Origin: a virus | Virus record (IMG/VR): IMGVR_UViG_3300021440_000007 | Location: 1 to 45,531 of that record | DNA length: 45,531 nt | Strand: one strand, 5' to 3' | In this document: positions 8,763-17,677 of the stretch, in pieces | How the letters are laid out: each line of letters begins with the position of its first letter | How positions within the stretch are numbered: the stretch's first letter is position 1 | Made by a program: the position numbers and the translations under genes | The notes under the pieces: generated by a model | The model's database searches: none | What the model was told of the DNA's origin: nothing | The model's input: the letters and a program-made list of their open reading frames with translations, nothing else

Positions 8763-9935
8763 TTAGTTGTCCTTGCTGAATGCAAGCTTTTGCGAGGAGG
8801 CCTCACGGCTCATTTTGTCGAAACGCTGCTTAGCCGTGAGCTTGTTCTCCGGGAGTTCTCGGACGGGGATGTGGTCCTCCGAATCCTTGCGGCCCCGACT
8901 GGCTACATTGAGTTCCACCAAGCCGTCCGGATCTTCCGCCGCGTCCTCACGGGTACAGCCCGCGAAAAGTCCGTTGATGAAATCGTCACTTGTGGCTGTG
9001 TCGATCTTGGTGGTGGGCTTAGCGGCCAAGATAGCGGCCACCTTGATCTCCCGGTCCGTGAGTCCATCGGTCTTGAACTCACTTCCAAGAACCGACTTAG
9101 CCCCCACGATCACTTCTTGGCGAGCGGCCACCAAAGCATCCATCCGCTTGGGGTCCCGAGCCGTTGCCAGATCCGTCTCCAAGGCCTTTACCCGGGCCTC
9201 CGCCGAATCCGCCCGGGTCCGGGTTTCCTCCAAGCTCTTGGCCGTTGCGGCCACAGACCGGGCATCCGCGTCCAGCTTTGCCTGGTAACGGCTCATAGCC
9301 TGGATGGCCGCGTCTTGTTCCGCTGGGGAACCCAGGGGGAAATCAATACCGTCAATGCGAATGCTTTTCATAGGTCGGGGCTCCGTGCTTTGGGGTTCTT
9401 CGATTTGCTCTCCAGTCGAATCCAACCGAAGGGCTACAGATTTTCCAGCGCGTCCATTCGGTACGATAGCAACATGGTTGTACCGGATGTTTCGTTGGAT
9501 TCGATCATAGCGTTCACCCCCAGGGGTTACGCCATTTTTTTCTTCAACGTCACAGTTATAGCCACAGGAGACTTCGGTCCGGTCCCGGCGCTCCACAGCT
9601 CCCAAGAGCTGGGCCTCTTGAATCACCAGCATGGACGCCACCTGATCGGCGTCCTGCTTTACGGAACCGTTCTGGACGTTACCCCGGGAGTATTCCGAAA
9701 AGTTGGAGGGATCAACTTGGACCGGGGGGTGAAAGTCTGTGACCGGTGCGTCCGCAAGGGTGGCCAGGGAATCCGCGTGGAAGACTTCCTCCGGAGGACG
9801 CCACTCCCGGATCTCCCTACCGTCCTGGTGATAGACAAAGACACCCGAGCGGGTAAGCCCAGCCGGGACGCGTAGTCCTCCCTGGGGGGTTCGTTCGGCT
9901 TTGCCTAGAGTTCCATAGTCACGGCGGAAGACCAT
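8763..9935 (-). CDS. Scaffold / prohead protease-like protein (DUF2213-like)
   Basis: 390 aa. N-terminus ...TPQGGLRVPAGLTRSGVFVYHQDGREIREWRPPEEVF...LADAPVTDFHP resembles DUF2213. The C-half is a long Ala/Arg/Glu coiled coil, as in scaffolds. Confidence 0.5.
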   Translation of the reverse strand: MVFRRDYGTLGKAERTPQGGLRVPAGLTRSGVFVYHQDGREIREWRPPEEVFHADSLATLADAPVTDFHPPVQVDPSNFSEYSRGNVQNGSVKQDADQVASMLVIQEAQLLGAVERRDRTEVSCGYNCDVEEKNGVTPGGERYDRIQRNIRYNHVAIVPNGRAGKSVALRLDSTGEQIEEPQSTEPRPMKSIRIDGIDFPLGSPAEQDAAIQAMSRYQAKLDADARSVAATAKSLEETRTRADSAEARVKALETDLATARDPKRMDALVAARQEVIVGAKSVLGSEFKTDGLTDREIKVAAILAAKPTTKIDTATSDDFINGLFAGCTREDAAEDPDGLVELNVASRGRKDSEDHIPVRELPENKLTAKQRFDKMSREASSQKLAFSKDN

Positions 9936-9975
9936 GGAGGGAACGCTAAGGCCGGCGCTCCGAGCCCGTCCACTT

Positions 9976-11016
9976 TTATTCTAGCAACCGGTCAATAACG
10001 GGGGTGGCCGTACACCGGCACTGGTAATCCTGGCCGGGGTGGTTGGTGTCCCCTGTATCCGGGTTGGTCACGGGAGCCACTAGCCAGAGTTGCCGAGTCC
10101 CATCCAAAACCCAATGGTTAGCCTTGGATTTTTCCCATTTACCCCCGGGCCTTCCTCTAACCCGTTCGTCCCGGGAGCTTGTCCAAATGTACTCGGTTAC
10201 TCCGACTTGTTGTTGACGGAGCTGGATTAGATCGGAGTTGGCTTTCAACGTTTGGTCCCGAGCGATCAAGGCCGCGCGTGATTCTGAAACGTCAAAGCTC
10301 CGGGCTATCTCCTCCGCCAACACCTCCACACGAAACTGGCCGGCCGTGGATTCGGCAACCACGGAGGTAAGCCGGTCCATTACATCAAAGCTAATCGACT
10401 TGATTAGGCTGGTGTTCTTGGCCAAGAAACCATCAATGAAAGGACCAAGCCCCTGGTTTTGTGCCCGGAGATCAATCTGGAGAACCCTCTCCATTTCCCT
10501 CCGGTTGTGTTTGTACAGGGAGGTAGCAACTTCGATCAGACTACTCCGGGTGTTCTGGGCTTGCGTCCTTCGGGTTACCGCAACCTCCAGATCTCCCAGG
10601 GTTGCGGTGTACATACTCGCGGGTTTAGGTACGTTGAAGTTTCTCCCCTTGGCATCCATCCGGAGTACCCGGAGGTACCACTCCGGAGTATTGCCACAGC
10701 CACACGGGAGCGTGTCCCCCCGGACCCCTACGCGCCACACGCGCGCGTCTTCCTGGGAGGTTACTCCCTGGCCTTGGAGTTCCGGGGCCGCGGCCTTGAG
10801 CACCGGGAGAAGGATTCGATCCACGTCCTCCCGCATCCCGGCCAAGAGCTTACCCAGAACGCGCGTGTATAGGAGCGCGGTACCCCGGGGCTCTCTCGGG
10901 GAGAAGGCCCTCCGTTGCGCTGGAGTTAGCTTGGTGGTGCTTCTACGGGAGTAATGGAGCCGGGTTCTTTGTTCACGGCGGGAGATCAAAGCCTCCACCA
11001 GAGTGGGCTTAGCCAT
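9976..11016 (-). CDS. Head morphogenesis protein (Mu F / SPP1 gp7-like)
   Basis: 346 aa directly after the portal gene. C-terminal ...HWVLDGT...HPGQDYQCRCTATPV matches the Mu-F family motif. Confidence 0.6.
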   Translation of the reverse strand: MAKPTLVEALISRREQRTRLHYSRRSTTKLTPAQRRAFSPREPRGTALLYTRVLGKLLAGMREDVDRILLPVLKAAAPELQGQGVTSQEDARVWRVGVRGDTLPCGCGNTPEWYLRVLRMDAKGRNFNVPKPASMYTATLGDLEVAVTRRTQAQNTRSSLIEVATSLYKHNRREMERVLQIDLRAQNQGLGPFIDGFLAKNTSLIKSISFDVMDRLTSVVAESTAGQFRVEVLAEEIARSFDVSESRAALIARDQTLKANSDLIQLRQQQVGVTEYIWTSSRDERVRGRPGGKWEKSKANHWVLDGTRQLWLVAPVTNPDTGDTNHPGQDYQCRCTATPVIDRLLE

Positions 11017-11019
11017 GGG

Positions 11020-12567
11020 CTATACAACCGGTTTAGCGGGGGGCTTAGTACCGGTCTCCTCTGGGGCCTCTTCTTCAATGTCCACCTCCTCCTGGGGGTC
11101 TTCCTCGGAAGGGGGGGTGGTGGTTTCAGGGGCCTCGGTTGGGCTTTCCGCTTCTTCAAGTTCGGCCGCTAGCATCTTGCGGCGGGCCTCAATATCCACC
11201 ACGTACTCCGTGGAGTAAGCCCCCGACGCAAACCGGCTTAGGGTTACTTCCTCGGGGAATAGAACCCCATCGGTAATGTAGATGTGATCCGTGTTTGCGA
11301 TCTTATTCCGGAGATCGGCTTCTTCTTGGGGGGTCATTTGCCACAAGCTGGGCCAGATCACGGTCCATGCGCTGGAGTCTTTGTCCGGGTATAAGCCTTG
11401 GGCCACCAACCGGACGATCCTCTTTATCTTGGGGGTTAGCTCCAGCTCCCGCGAGGTGGTCACAGTATCGTACCACCAACGTAGATCACTAGCTCCCGTA
11501 GCTCCCAGCCCGGTGGGGCTTTGGCCCATCAAGATGGTGTAAGGCATGCGGGCTGCGGCAGAAAGCCGGAGGTAAGTCCGGTCCAACAAGTCCCCCACTC
11601 CAGTAAGGGCTCCCCGTTCGACTAACTCGAAACTCTCGGAATCCGCATCCAAGACAATGGCCCGGGTAATGGATCGGAGGGTATCCACCAAAGCCATACG
11701 TTCGGTCATGTCTGTCTTGGAGCCTTCTGCGATCATATCCAGAAGGCCCTGGATCTTGAATACCGCTTGGGACATATCGGCCATCATTGCGACCACGGAG
11801 CCCCAGTTAGCGTGTGTGTCCCGGAGGATATCTACCAACTTCTGGAGGACCGAATAGTCCCAGCCTCCATTACGGGTCTTCTCCTGCTTTGCCGTGAGGG
11901 CTCCCCCGAAAATCACCAACCGGGTTTCGTGGACCCGGCTTAGAAACATGGAGGGAAACAACCCGGCCACCCCTTGCGGAGTGAGGTAGTAAGTTTCCAC
12001 CTCCCCGTATTTGGGTTGGGAGGGGTCGGAGTACCAAGTGGCCGGTTGGAGATCCGCCCGATCAAGTACCGTAAGGAACCTTACCCCCCGGGCCTTGGAT
12101 TCATCCAAAGGCTTATCCGGCTTTCCCGCCCCCTCCACACCTAGGAGGATAACTCCGGCGCCAAAGGTACGGCCCCAGATCGCGGCCTTTCGGACTTTCT
12201 CCGCTACCTCCAACTCGGTTAGCTTTTTGTTCAAGGCTTGGGAGTCGTTTTGGACTTCCCCCACCTCCGCGTCCCCACCGGACTTTTCCTCCACGGTACG
12301 GGTAACCCCGAAGCCTTGACGCATCGCATCATCAGGGACGGCGCAACAAATCCGGTTAGCCATATCGTCAAAGTGAAAAAGGTCCGAGGCCTCTTGGTAG
12401 GTGAGAGGGTCCCGTCCCGAGAACTCGCTAGCCGTGGTCTTGTCCCGGCCCGTCCCCAAGCCGGTCAACAAGTTTACCCAACCATCAAGCCGGGCCTTTA
12501 GCCCACCGGGACCTTTAGCCCCTTGGTCCATGGTCTTCTTTAGTTGGATTACATCGGCCGGTTTCAT
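11020..12567 (-). CDS. Portal protein (DUF1073-like)
   Basis: 515 aa, ATGA-coupled to TerL. Contains LDGWVNLLTGLGTGRDKTT...FHFDDMANRICCAVPDDAMRQGF, the pattern I recall for DUF1073 portals. Acidic/Pro-rich C-tail. Confidence 0.8.
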   Translation of the reverse strand: MKPADVIQLKKTMDQGAKGPGGLKARLDGWVNLLTGLGTGRDKTTASEFSGRDPLTYQEASDLFHFDDMANRICCAVPDDAMRQGFGVTRTVEEKSGGDAEVGEVQNDSQALNKKLTELEVAEKVRKAAIWGRTFGAGVILLGVEGAGKPDKPLDESKARGVRFLTVLDRADLQPATWYSDPSQPKYGEVETYYLTPQGVAGLFPSMFLSRVHETRLVIFGGALTAKQEKTRNGGWDYSVLQKLVDILRDTHANWGSVVAMMADMSQAVFKIQGLLDMIAEGSKTDMTERMALVDTLRSITRAIVLDADSESFELVERGALTGVGDLLDRTYLRLSAAARMPYTILMGQSPTGLGATGASDLRWWYDTVTTSRELELTPKIKRIVRLVAQGLYPDKDSSAWTVIWPSLWQMTPQEEADLRNKIANTDHIYITDGVLFPEEVTLSRFASGAYSTEYVVDIEARRKMLAAELEEAESPTEAPETTTPPSEEDPQEEVDIEEEAPEETGTKPPAKPVV

Positions 12568-14126
12568 GTGGCTCTGATCCTATCCATAGCCTCCTTCAGG
12601 GAGGATTTAGGTTTACCCGTTACGTGTATCAAAGCCTGGGAGGTGGCGTCCACTCTATCATCATGGGGCCATTTCGGGTAGCGGGAGATCTCCACCACGT
12701 AATCCCCCACCCAGGGTTTACCCTCCGGGAGATATACGTTACCCGCTTGGAAATACCCAGACACAGCATTTAGCCGGGCGGTCTTACCCCCTTGTGGATT
12801 ACAAAGGATAATCCCGGGGACCTCCTTCCGGAGGGCATTCTCTACCGCGGTCCCGTTAGCCTTATCTTCAATCAAGATCTTCCGGGCTTGCGGGTATTTC
12901 TCCTTGAGATCCTTTAGGGCTTGGCATGTGCTAACGAAGTCCAGTTGGTCTCGGACTTCATCCACCAAGAAGAACTCCGCAAGGGTGTAAGCCCACACTT
13001 GGCCCACCACATAGTCCGAATCATCAAGATCTTTGAAGGCACAATCCCAGGACATAAGCCAACGGACCCGGGCGGGGAGGGTCTTCCAACGTTTCATCAA
13101 CCAAGGGGTTTTTATGATAGTTCCGCCGCTAGGGGTTGGCCGTTGTTGAAGCTGGGCCGCGGCCACCATCGGGCCCATATCTTTGGCAGTCTCCCGGACG
13201 CTAGCTAAGTCATACCGATCCGGACACAACAACTCCCCCTGTGTAGTCCGACGATCCCCACCCCAGGGGGTTTTACAAGGCTCTCCCTCCAGCTCCATGG
13301 GTAGGCTCAACAAGGTGTAACCATCCCGGATACAGATAGCCGCGAGGTCCAACTCGTGGAGCCTTTGCATAATCACAACCCGGGAGAAATCCTTGGGGTC
13401 TGCTTTACGGGAGGCCATCGTATTGGCCCACCACTCGTTAGCCGCTTTGATGATGGTCCAGGAAGCTTTGCTACTCCCCTGTACATCCTTGGGCTTGACC
13501 GGATCGTCACACACCTGGATATGTGCGTGCCAGCCGGTGGACTTACCCCCGACCGAAGTAGAGAACCGAAGCCCACCCCCTGAACTCCAATAAATGGAGG
13601 CCGTGTTCTGTTTCTCTTGGGACTCGGTAACAATACCCACGGGAGTTAGGCCCCGGCGCTTCAAGGTCTTGGCGTTAGCTCGGTAGCCCCAGCGGGCCTG
13701 GAACCATTCACTTTGAATGAGGCCCTTAGCCTTCAGCGCGTCACGCTGGGACAAGCTCGCGTCAAAGCTCGCAAACATCCACTTGCGCTTGGGCCGTGTG
13801 ATCCACTCCCACACCGGCCAGAACACGGAGACTGTGAGGGACTTACCGCAACCGGGAGGGACGTTGATTACCAACCTCCGGCATTCCCCTCGGGATACCG
13901 CCTCCAAGTGTTTGCAAATCTCCTCCAAGTGCCACGCTGGAACAAACTCCGCGGATTCAACGTGGCTCCATGCGAGTTGCATGAACTTATACAGCCCCCC
14001 TTTTTTCACCAGGGCCCGGTCCAGCTCACACGGATCAATGTCGATTTCGGAACTCACTTGGAACCCCCAGGCCAATCCACAGGGCCGGCCCCCGGGGATT
14101 CGGCCAAGAGCTTGCACCGGCCGCAA
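12564..14126 (-). CDS. terL: Terminase large subunit
   Basis: 520 aa. Walker A-like VINVPPGCGKSLTV, acidic HIQVCDDP, and a C-terminal nuclease-like region. The start is uncertain: TTG at 14126, or GTG at 14057 (VSSEIDIDP...). Confidence 0.85.
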   Translation of the reverse strand: MRPVQALGRIPGGRPCGLAWGFQVSSEIDIDPCELDRALVKKGGLYKFMQLAWSHVESAEFVPAWHLEEICKHLEAVSRGECRRLVINVPPGCGKSLTVSVFWPVWEWITRPKRKWMFASFDASLSQRDALKAKGLIQSEWFQARWGYRANAKTLKRRGLTPVGIVTESQEKQNTASIYWSSGGGLRFSTSVGGKSTGWHAHIQVCDDPVKPKDVQGSSKASWTIIKAANEWWANTMASRKADPKDFSRVVIMQRLHELDLAAICIRDGYTLLSLPMELEGEPCKTPWGGDRRTTQGELLCPDRYDLASVRETAKDMGPMVAAAQLQQRPTPSGGTIIKTPWLMKRWKTLPARVRWLMSWDCAFKDLDDSDYVVGQVWAYTLAEFFLVDEVRDQLDFVSTCQALKDLKEKYPQARKILIEDKANGTAVENALRKEVPGIILCNPQGGKTARLNAVSGYFQAGNVYLPEGKPWVGDYVVEISRYPKWPHDDRVDATSQALIHVTGKPKSSLKEAMDRIRAT

Positions 14127-14259
14127 GCAAGCCGTTTGGAGGCGGAGGGGTTAGGAGGACGGAGGAGGACGGAGCGGCCATCACAAAGCCGCGCATGACG
14201 CGCGTAGGGGCTCCGAACCAAGAGCACGTGGACCCGATCGTCACGGCCTACAGAGGGGG

Positions 14260-14303
14260 TCAACACAAACGCTACGGGGGACATGGCCTAAGCAATGTCC
14301 CCC
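14260..14303 (-). terminator. Candidate intrinsic terminator between the early genes and terL
   Basis: Perfect 9-bp stem GGGGGACAT (14276-14284) / ATGTCCCCC (14295-14303) with a 10-nt loop. On the minus strand it is followed by GTAGCGTTTGTGTTG, which is only moderately U-rich. Confidence 0.4.
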
Positions 14304-14325
14304 GCGTGTGGTCTATGTGTCCACT

Positions 14326-14943
14326 TTACCTTGAGCGTTTGCGCGCCTTGCGCTGGGCCTTGCGCGCGTGTCTCCGATCGATTGCGGCCTTTCGTTCAAG
14401 CCGATCGCTCTTGGTCTTCGCGTCCCTATGCCGGAGAAAGTCCCGGCGGAGGAGCATAGCGGTACGCAAGGGGTGGAACGTAGGCACCGTGTCCAGGGTG
14501 CGGAATCCGAAGGCCACGGCCAACACTAGGGCCCCCATGGCATCGTAGGCCGCTCCGTCCTCCTCCGGGGGAGTAAGGCCTGGGTTATGTCGAGCCCAAT
14601 GATCTCGGACGATATCGATCGGGGTGTGCTCGGTAACCACCATGAGGTTTTCCAACAACGGGGGTAGATCCTTCCGAGCTACTTGGATTTGCCTCGTATT
14701 GGAAAGTGGGTAGTTGGCCGCGTTGTCCCGGGCTTCTTGATCGGCCCGTGCCATGGCTAGGATTTCGGCCTCCCGGAGAAAGGCCTCCGCATCCTCCGGA
14801 GTAGAAAAGAGGGTCTCCTCCGGCCCGTTCCCCGAAAGAAGCACTTGACCCACCAAGGCCTCCAGGTCCTTCCGGATTGCTGCGCGGTCCTCCTCTGACT
14901 GGGGATCGGGTGCCAGAAGTGTGTGCGGTTGATCGGGTTCCAT
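14326..14943 (-). CDS. Hypothetical protein with a strongly basic C-terminal tail
   Basis: 205-aa ORF with genome-typical codon usage. ATG is preceded by AAAGGAA. The C-terminus is RKAAIDRRHARKAQRKARKRSR. Lying upstream of terL, it is a possible small-terminase candidate, but this is unsupported. Confidence 0.55.
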   Translation of the reverse strand: MEPDQPHTLLAPDPQSEEDRAAIRKDLEALVGQVLLSGNGPEETLFSTPEDAEAFLREAEILAMARADQEARDNAANYPLSNTRQIQVARKDLPPLLENLMVVTEHTPIDIVRDHWARHNPGLTPPEEDGAAYDAMGALVLAVAFGFRTLDTVPTFHPLRTAMLLRRDFLRHRDAKTKSDRLERKAAIDRRHARKAQRKARKRSR

Positions 14944-15246
14944 TTTTGTACGTTCCTTTTTGGTGGTCCCATTCCCGGAGGAAATCCAGGGGGGCTGGGG
15001 CTCCAGCTACCGGCGCCGGTGTGGAGCACGTGGAGCATGCGGTAGCATCGATCCCCAAATCCGTGAAGGCCGGACACGGCTCCCCGTGGGGGCATCGGTG
15101 GCCGAACCTTTCCGCCCAAGCAACCCCGGAGAACTCCTCGGAGTCTGGGTGTGGAGCCCGGACTTTACAGAAGGGACAGACCGGCCGCCGGGCTTCCACC
15201 CGGGAGAACATGACCGATCGGGGAACGGAGCTAGGACCCCGGCCTT

Positions 15247-15528
15247 TTACTCCACGCATAGCCGCGCGTCCCTTGCTGCTTTGGTGCAAGCTTCATCCAC
15301 AAGCCTCTCCGCAAGGGTCTCCACCTCGCGCATCCGGATCGCGCTGATAGGCCGGGCCCATATGTGGCCCGCCAAGCGGACCGCTCGCAAGGCCTCATTG
15401 ATAGCCCCCTGGGTAGTCTCGGGGCCGTCCTCCAATATGAGTTCCGCTAAGGTTACGGGCCCCCCTGGCTCGGCCCCCTTGGGGTCTTTCCATCGTTTGG
15501 CCGATCCAGGGGGGAGGTCCACAGCCAT
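15247..15528 (-). CDS. Hypothetical early protein
   Basis: The ORF 15247-15636 is trimmed to the internal ATG (MAVDLPPG...) that follows GGAAGGTGG and avoids overlap with the upstream gene. Confidence 0.5.
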   Translation of the reverse strand: MAVDLPPGSAKRWKDPKGAEPGGPVTLAELILEDGPETTQGAINEALRAVRLAGHIWARPISAIRMREVETLAERLVDEACTKAARDARLCVE

Positions 15529-15565
15529 GGCCACCTTCCAGACTCGAATAGTACAACTCAAGGGG

Positions 15566-15958
15566 TTAGCTCCATTGCCCGGGGTGATCTTCGTAGTCTT
15601 GGGGGGAAAGCTCACAGATAACCCCCAAGGTGTCAAGGTCTCTACCGGGCACCCAAACCCCTGGCCCCAAAGGAGAAGGGGACACCAGCCCGTACCGCTC
15701 GGCCGCCAATATGGCCCGGCGGATTTCTTCGGGCTCCCGGTAGTACCTTTTCCCTTGGGGTAGGTTGGTATGTAGGGCCCAGAGTTCGGCCTCCGTAGCC
15801 GAATCGTTGACCAAACATTCCCGTAACCACAGGACTAACGCAGGGCCCAAGATGAAGGTGAGGAAGTAGGAGAAGCCATCCGCGGCCGATAATACCGACT
15901 CGGGGAGAGCCCCCGCTAGGATCGCCTTATATTCGGGGGTCTGTGTTGGGTGCGTCAT
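15566..15958 (-). CDS. Hypothetical protein with one hydrophobic segment
   Basis: Start MTHPTQ... is ATGA-coupled to the upstream ORF stop. Contains FSYFLTFILGPALVLWL. Confidence 0.55.
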   Translation of the reverse strand: MTHPTQTPEYKAILAGALPESVLSAADGFSYFLTFILGPALVLWLRECLVNDSATEAELWALHTNLPQGKRYYREPEEIRRAILAAERYGLVSPSPLGPGVWVPGRDLDTLGVICELSPQDYEDHPGQWS

Positions 15959-16365
15959 GGGGTGCGGTACCGGAGGATAATCCCTTCCCAGATCTCCGAC
16001 AAGCGGAAGACTTCGGGCAAGTCCATCCGAGGACACCCATCCAACTGGTAGTCCACGCGGTTACAAACCTGGATCGCGTCCCGGAGGCTTTGCCGTAGTG
16101 CTACCGGACTCCGGCTCTGTTTATCCTCCTCCGTGTCCAGGGCCCAGCTAGCCACGTTGTTGGCCCGCTCGGTAGCCCATTGCCCTAGGTAGGGGATGGC
16201 CGCTTGGCGGAGTTCCCCCGCGAGTTCCTTACGGGGGTCCCGTGGGATTGGTTGGATCTTCTGGGTGGGGGCTTCCTCCAGAGCGCGGCGGTCCAACACG
16301 GACTGTACAGCGGGATCGTTTAGGAGGATATCCCCCCACCACGAGTCCTTGGTAATGCGGCTCAT
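15955..16365 (-). CDS. Hypothetical early protein
   Basis: Start MSRITK... is ATGA-coupled to the stop of the 163-aa ORF. 136 aa. Confidence 0.55.
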   Translation of the reverse strand: MSRITKDSWWGDILLNDPAVQSVLDRRALEEAPTQKIQPIPRDPRKELAGELRQAAIPYLGQWATERANNVASWALDTEEDKQSRSPVALRQSLRDAIQVCNRVDYQLDGCPRMDLPEVFRLSEIWEGIILRYRTP

Positions 16366-16853
16366 TGTGCGCACCACTCCGCCCACTGGCCATACTCGTA
16401 ATCCAGGAGAGTATCCATTCGGGACTGGAGTTCATCATCCACAAAGTAGATCACGGGTTGACCGTCCACTACCTGGAAACAGGCTTCCGCTTTCTGCCAC
16501 CAACCGGCGGCCGTGGGCGGGGAGAAGGAGTCCACTTGATCGCAAGGCTCCACACCCTCCACAAGTTCGGGGGCCGGGCAATCCATAGCCTCCAGGGAGG
16601 TGGATTGGGCACACCCTGTGAAGAGGGCCAGGGCCGTCAAGGAGAGGACCACAAGGCCATATCCCCGGCGCTTCAACTCCGAGATCAAGAGCTTTCCCTC
16701 GGGGACTTTCTCCCAGTTACCCACACCCAAGGCGTAGGCCGCGGCCTGGGCAATGTCTGCCAACCTTTCGGGGGGTGCGTCTTCTTTCAGGGTGTCATGG
16801 TCTAGAACGGGGGTTTGGGGCTTGGTCTGTGTCTTGGTCTGTGTCTTGGTCAT
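16362..16853 (-). CDS. Hypothetical protein with an internal signal-peptide/lipobox-like segment
   Basis: 163 aa. N-terminal TKTQ repeats, then KRRGYGLVVLSLTALALFTGC (Cys81), then a Cys-containing C-domain. Confidence 0.6.
   Translation of the reverse strand: MTKTQTKTQTKPQTPVLDHDTLKEDAPPERLADIAQAAAYALGVGNWEKVPEGKLLISELKRRGYGLVVLSLTALALFTGCAQSTSLEAMDCPAPELVEGVEPCDQVDSFSPPTAAGWWQKAEACFQVVDGQPVIYFVDDELQSRMDTLLDYEYGQWAEWCAQ
16821..16851. repeat. 12-bp tandem repeat (about 2.6 copies) encoding TKTQTKTQTK
   Basis: cttggtctgtgt cttggtctgtgt cttggtc, read directly on the plus strand. Confidence 0.85.
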
Positions 16854-16902
16854 TGGTCGTTACCTCCAGGATTAGAACTCTAATCGGATACCCCTGGGGG
16901 TG

Positions 16903-17121
16903 TCAAGTAGGCTTTGGGGATAAACTGTCTTCCGGATCAGCGGGGTTATACGGAATGTCCCGGGACGGTCCTTCACAGGGGTAAAGAGGGTCCACGGTTT
17001 CCTCCGTTTTGCATTCGGTGCAAGCCCAGGAGGTGCCCATTTTGGTGGACCTCACCATACCCAACTGGCATCCAAAGCAAACCAGATACATAAAGGCGGG
17101 GGTCTTGGAGTTGGATTCCAC
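16903..17121 (-). CDS. Small zinc-ribbon-like protein
   Basis: 72 aa with CFGC...CTEC pairs. Confidence 0.5.
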   Translation of the reverse strand: MESNSKTPAFMYLVCFGCQLGMVRSTKMGTSWACTECKTEETVDPLYPCEGPSRDIPYNPADPEDSLSPKPT

Positions 17122-17646
17122 CTACTTACCCTCCAACTCGTTCAAGGCCCGGTCCATTGCCTGGGCAAGCTCGGCCCGGCTCAAACGCTGGAGGCTTACC
17201 CGGTCCGTGTGCCAGTTGGCCAAGGTTGCTAGCCGTAGCACCCACGTCCGGAGCTGGGCTTCGGTGGGGCCCACGTCATAGGCCCGGATCTCACTCACGG
17301 ATCGGGGTGGCTCGGGTGGGGTATAGTAGTTGTCCCCCATATCCATTGGGATAGGCCCGGGCAACCCCTTGAAGGTGGGGCGCCGGGCCGTGATCTCACA
17401 GTTGGAGCATGTGCAACCGTCGAGGTGTTTCATGGGTCTAAGTCTTTGGGCAAGGATTCCGCGGGACTTCAAAACCTTGGCACAATCGGGGCCCACAGGG
17501 AAACACCCTTGGCTTTCAGTCTCCGCCACGGTGCCCGGTGTGTGGTGGGTTCCCTTTACCGAGTTGACCTCCACGTATTTGGTCTTTTCATTCAAGACCA
17601 CTTTACCCCGGCAGATAACGCATGTGTCGTATTCGCGTGTTGTCAT
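17122..17646 (-). CDS. Cys-rich hypothetical protein
   Basis: 174 aa with CVIC, a GC...PDC region and CTCSNC motifs. Helical C-terminal part. Confidence 0.55.
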   Translation of the reverse strand: MTTREYDTCVICRGKVVLNEKTKYVEVNSVKGTHHTPGTVAETESQGCFPVGPDCAKVLKSRGILAQRLRPMKHLDGCTCSNCEITARRPTFKGLPGPIPMDMGDNYYTPPEPPRSVSEIRAYDVGPTEAQLRTWVLRLATLANWHTDRVSLQRLSRAELAQAMDRALNELEGK

Positions 17647-17677
17647 GTCCAGGATACTAATACCCCCGGGGATAGAG

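Noticed and set aside
8790-9875. 361-aa plus-strand ORF (and 8767-9288) antisense to the scaffold-like gene.
   Set aside because: It has an Arg/Gly/Leu/Ser-biased composition and no recognisable motif. The opposite strand encodes a protein with a family-like N-terminus and a coiled coil.
14960-15763. 267-aa plus-strand ORF (and 14877-15347) in the early region.
   Set aside because: It is Arg/Ser/Gly/Pro-rich and antisense to several ATGA-coupled minus-strand genes, so it is most likely spurious.
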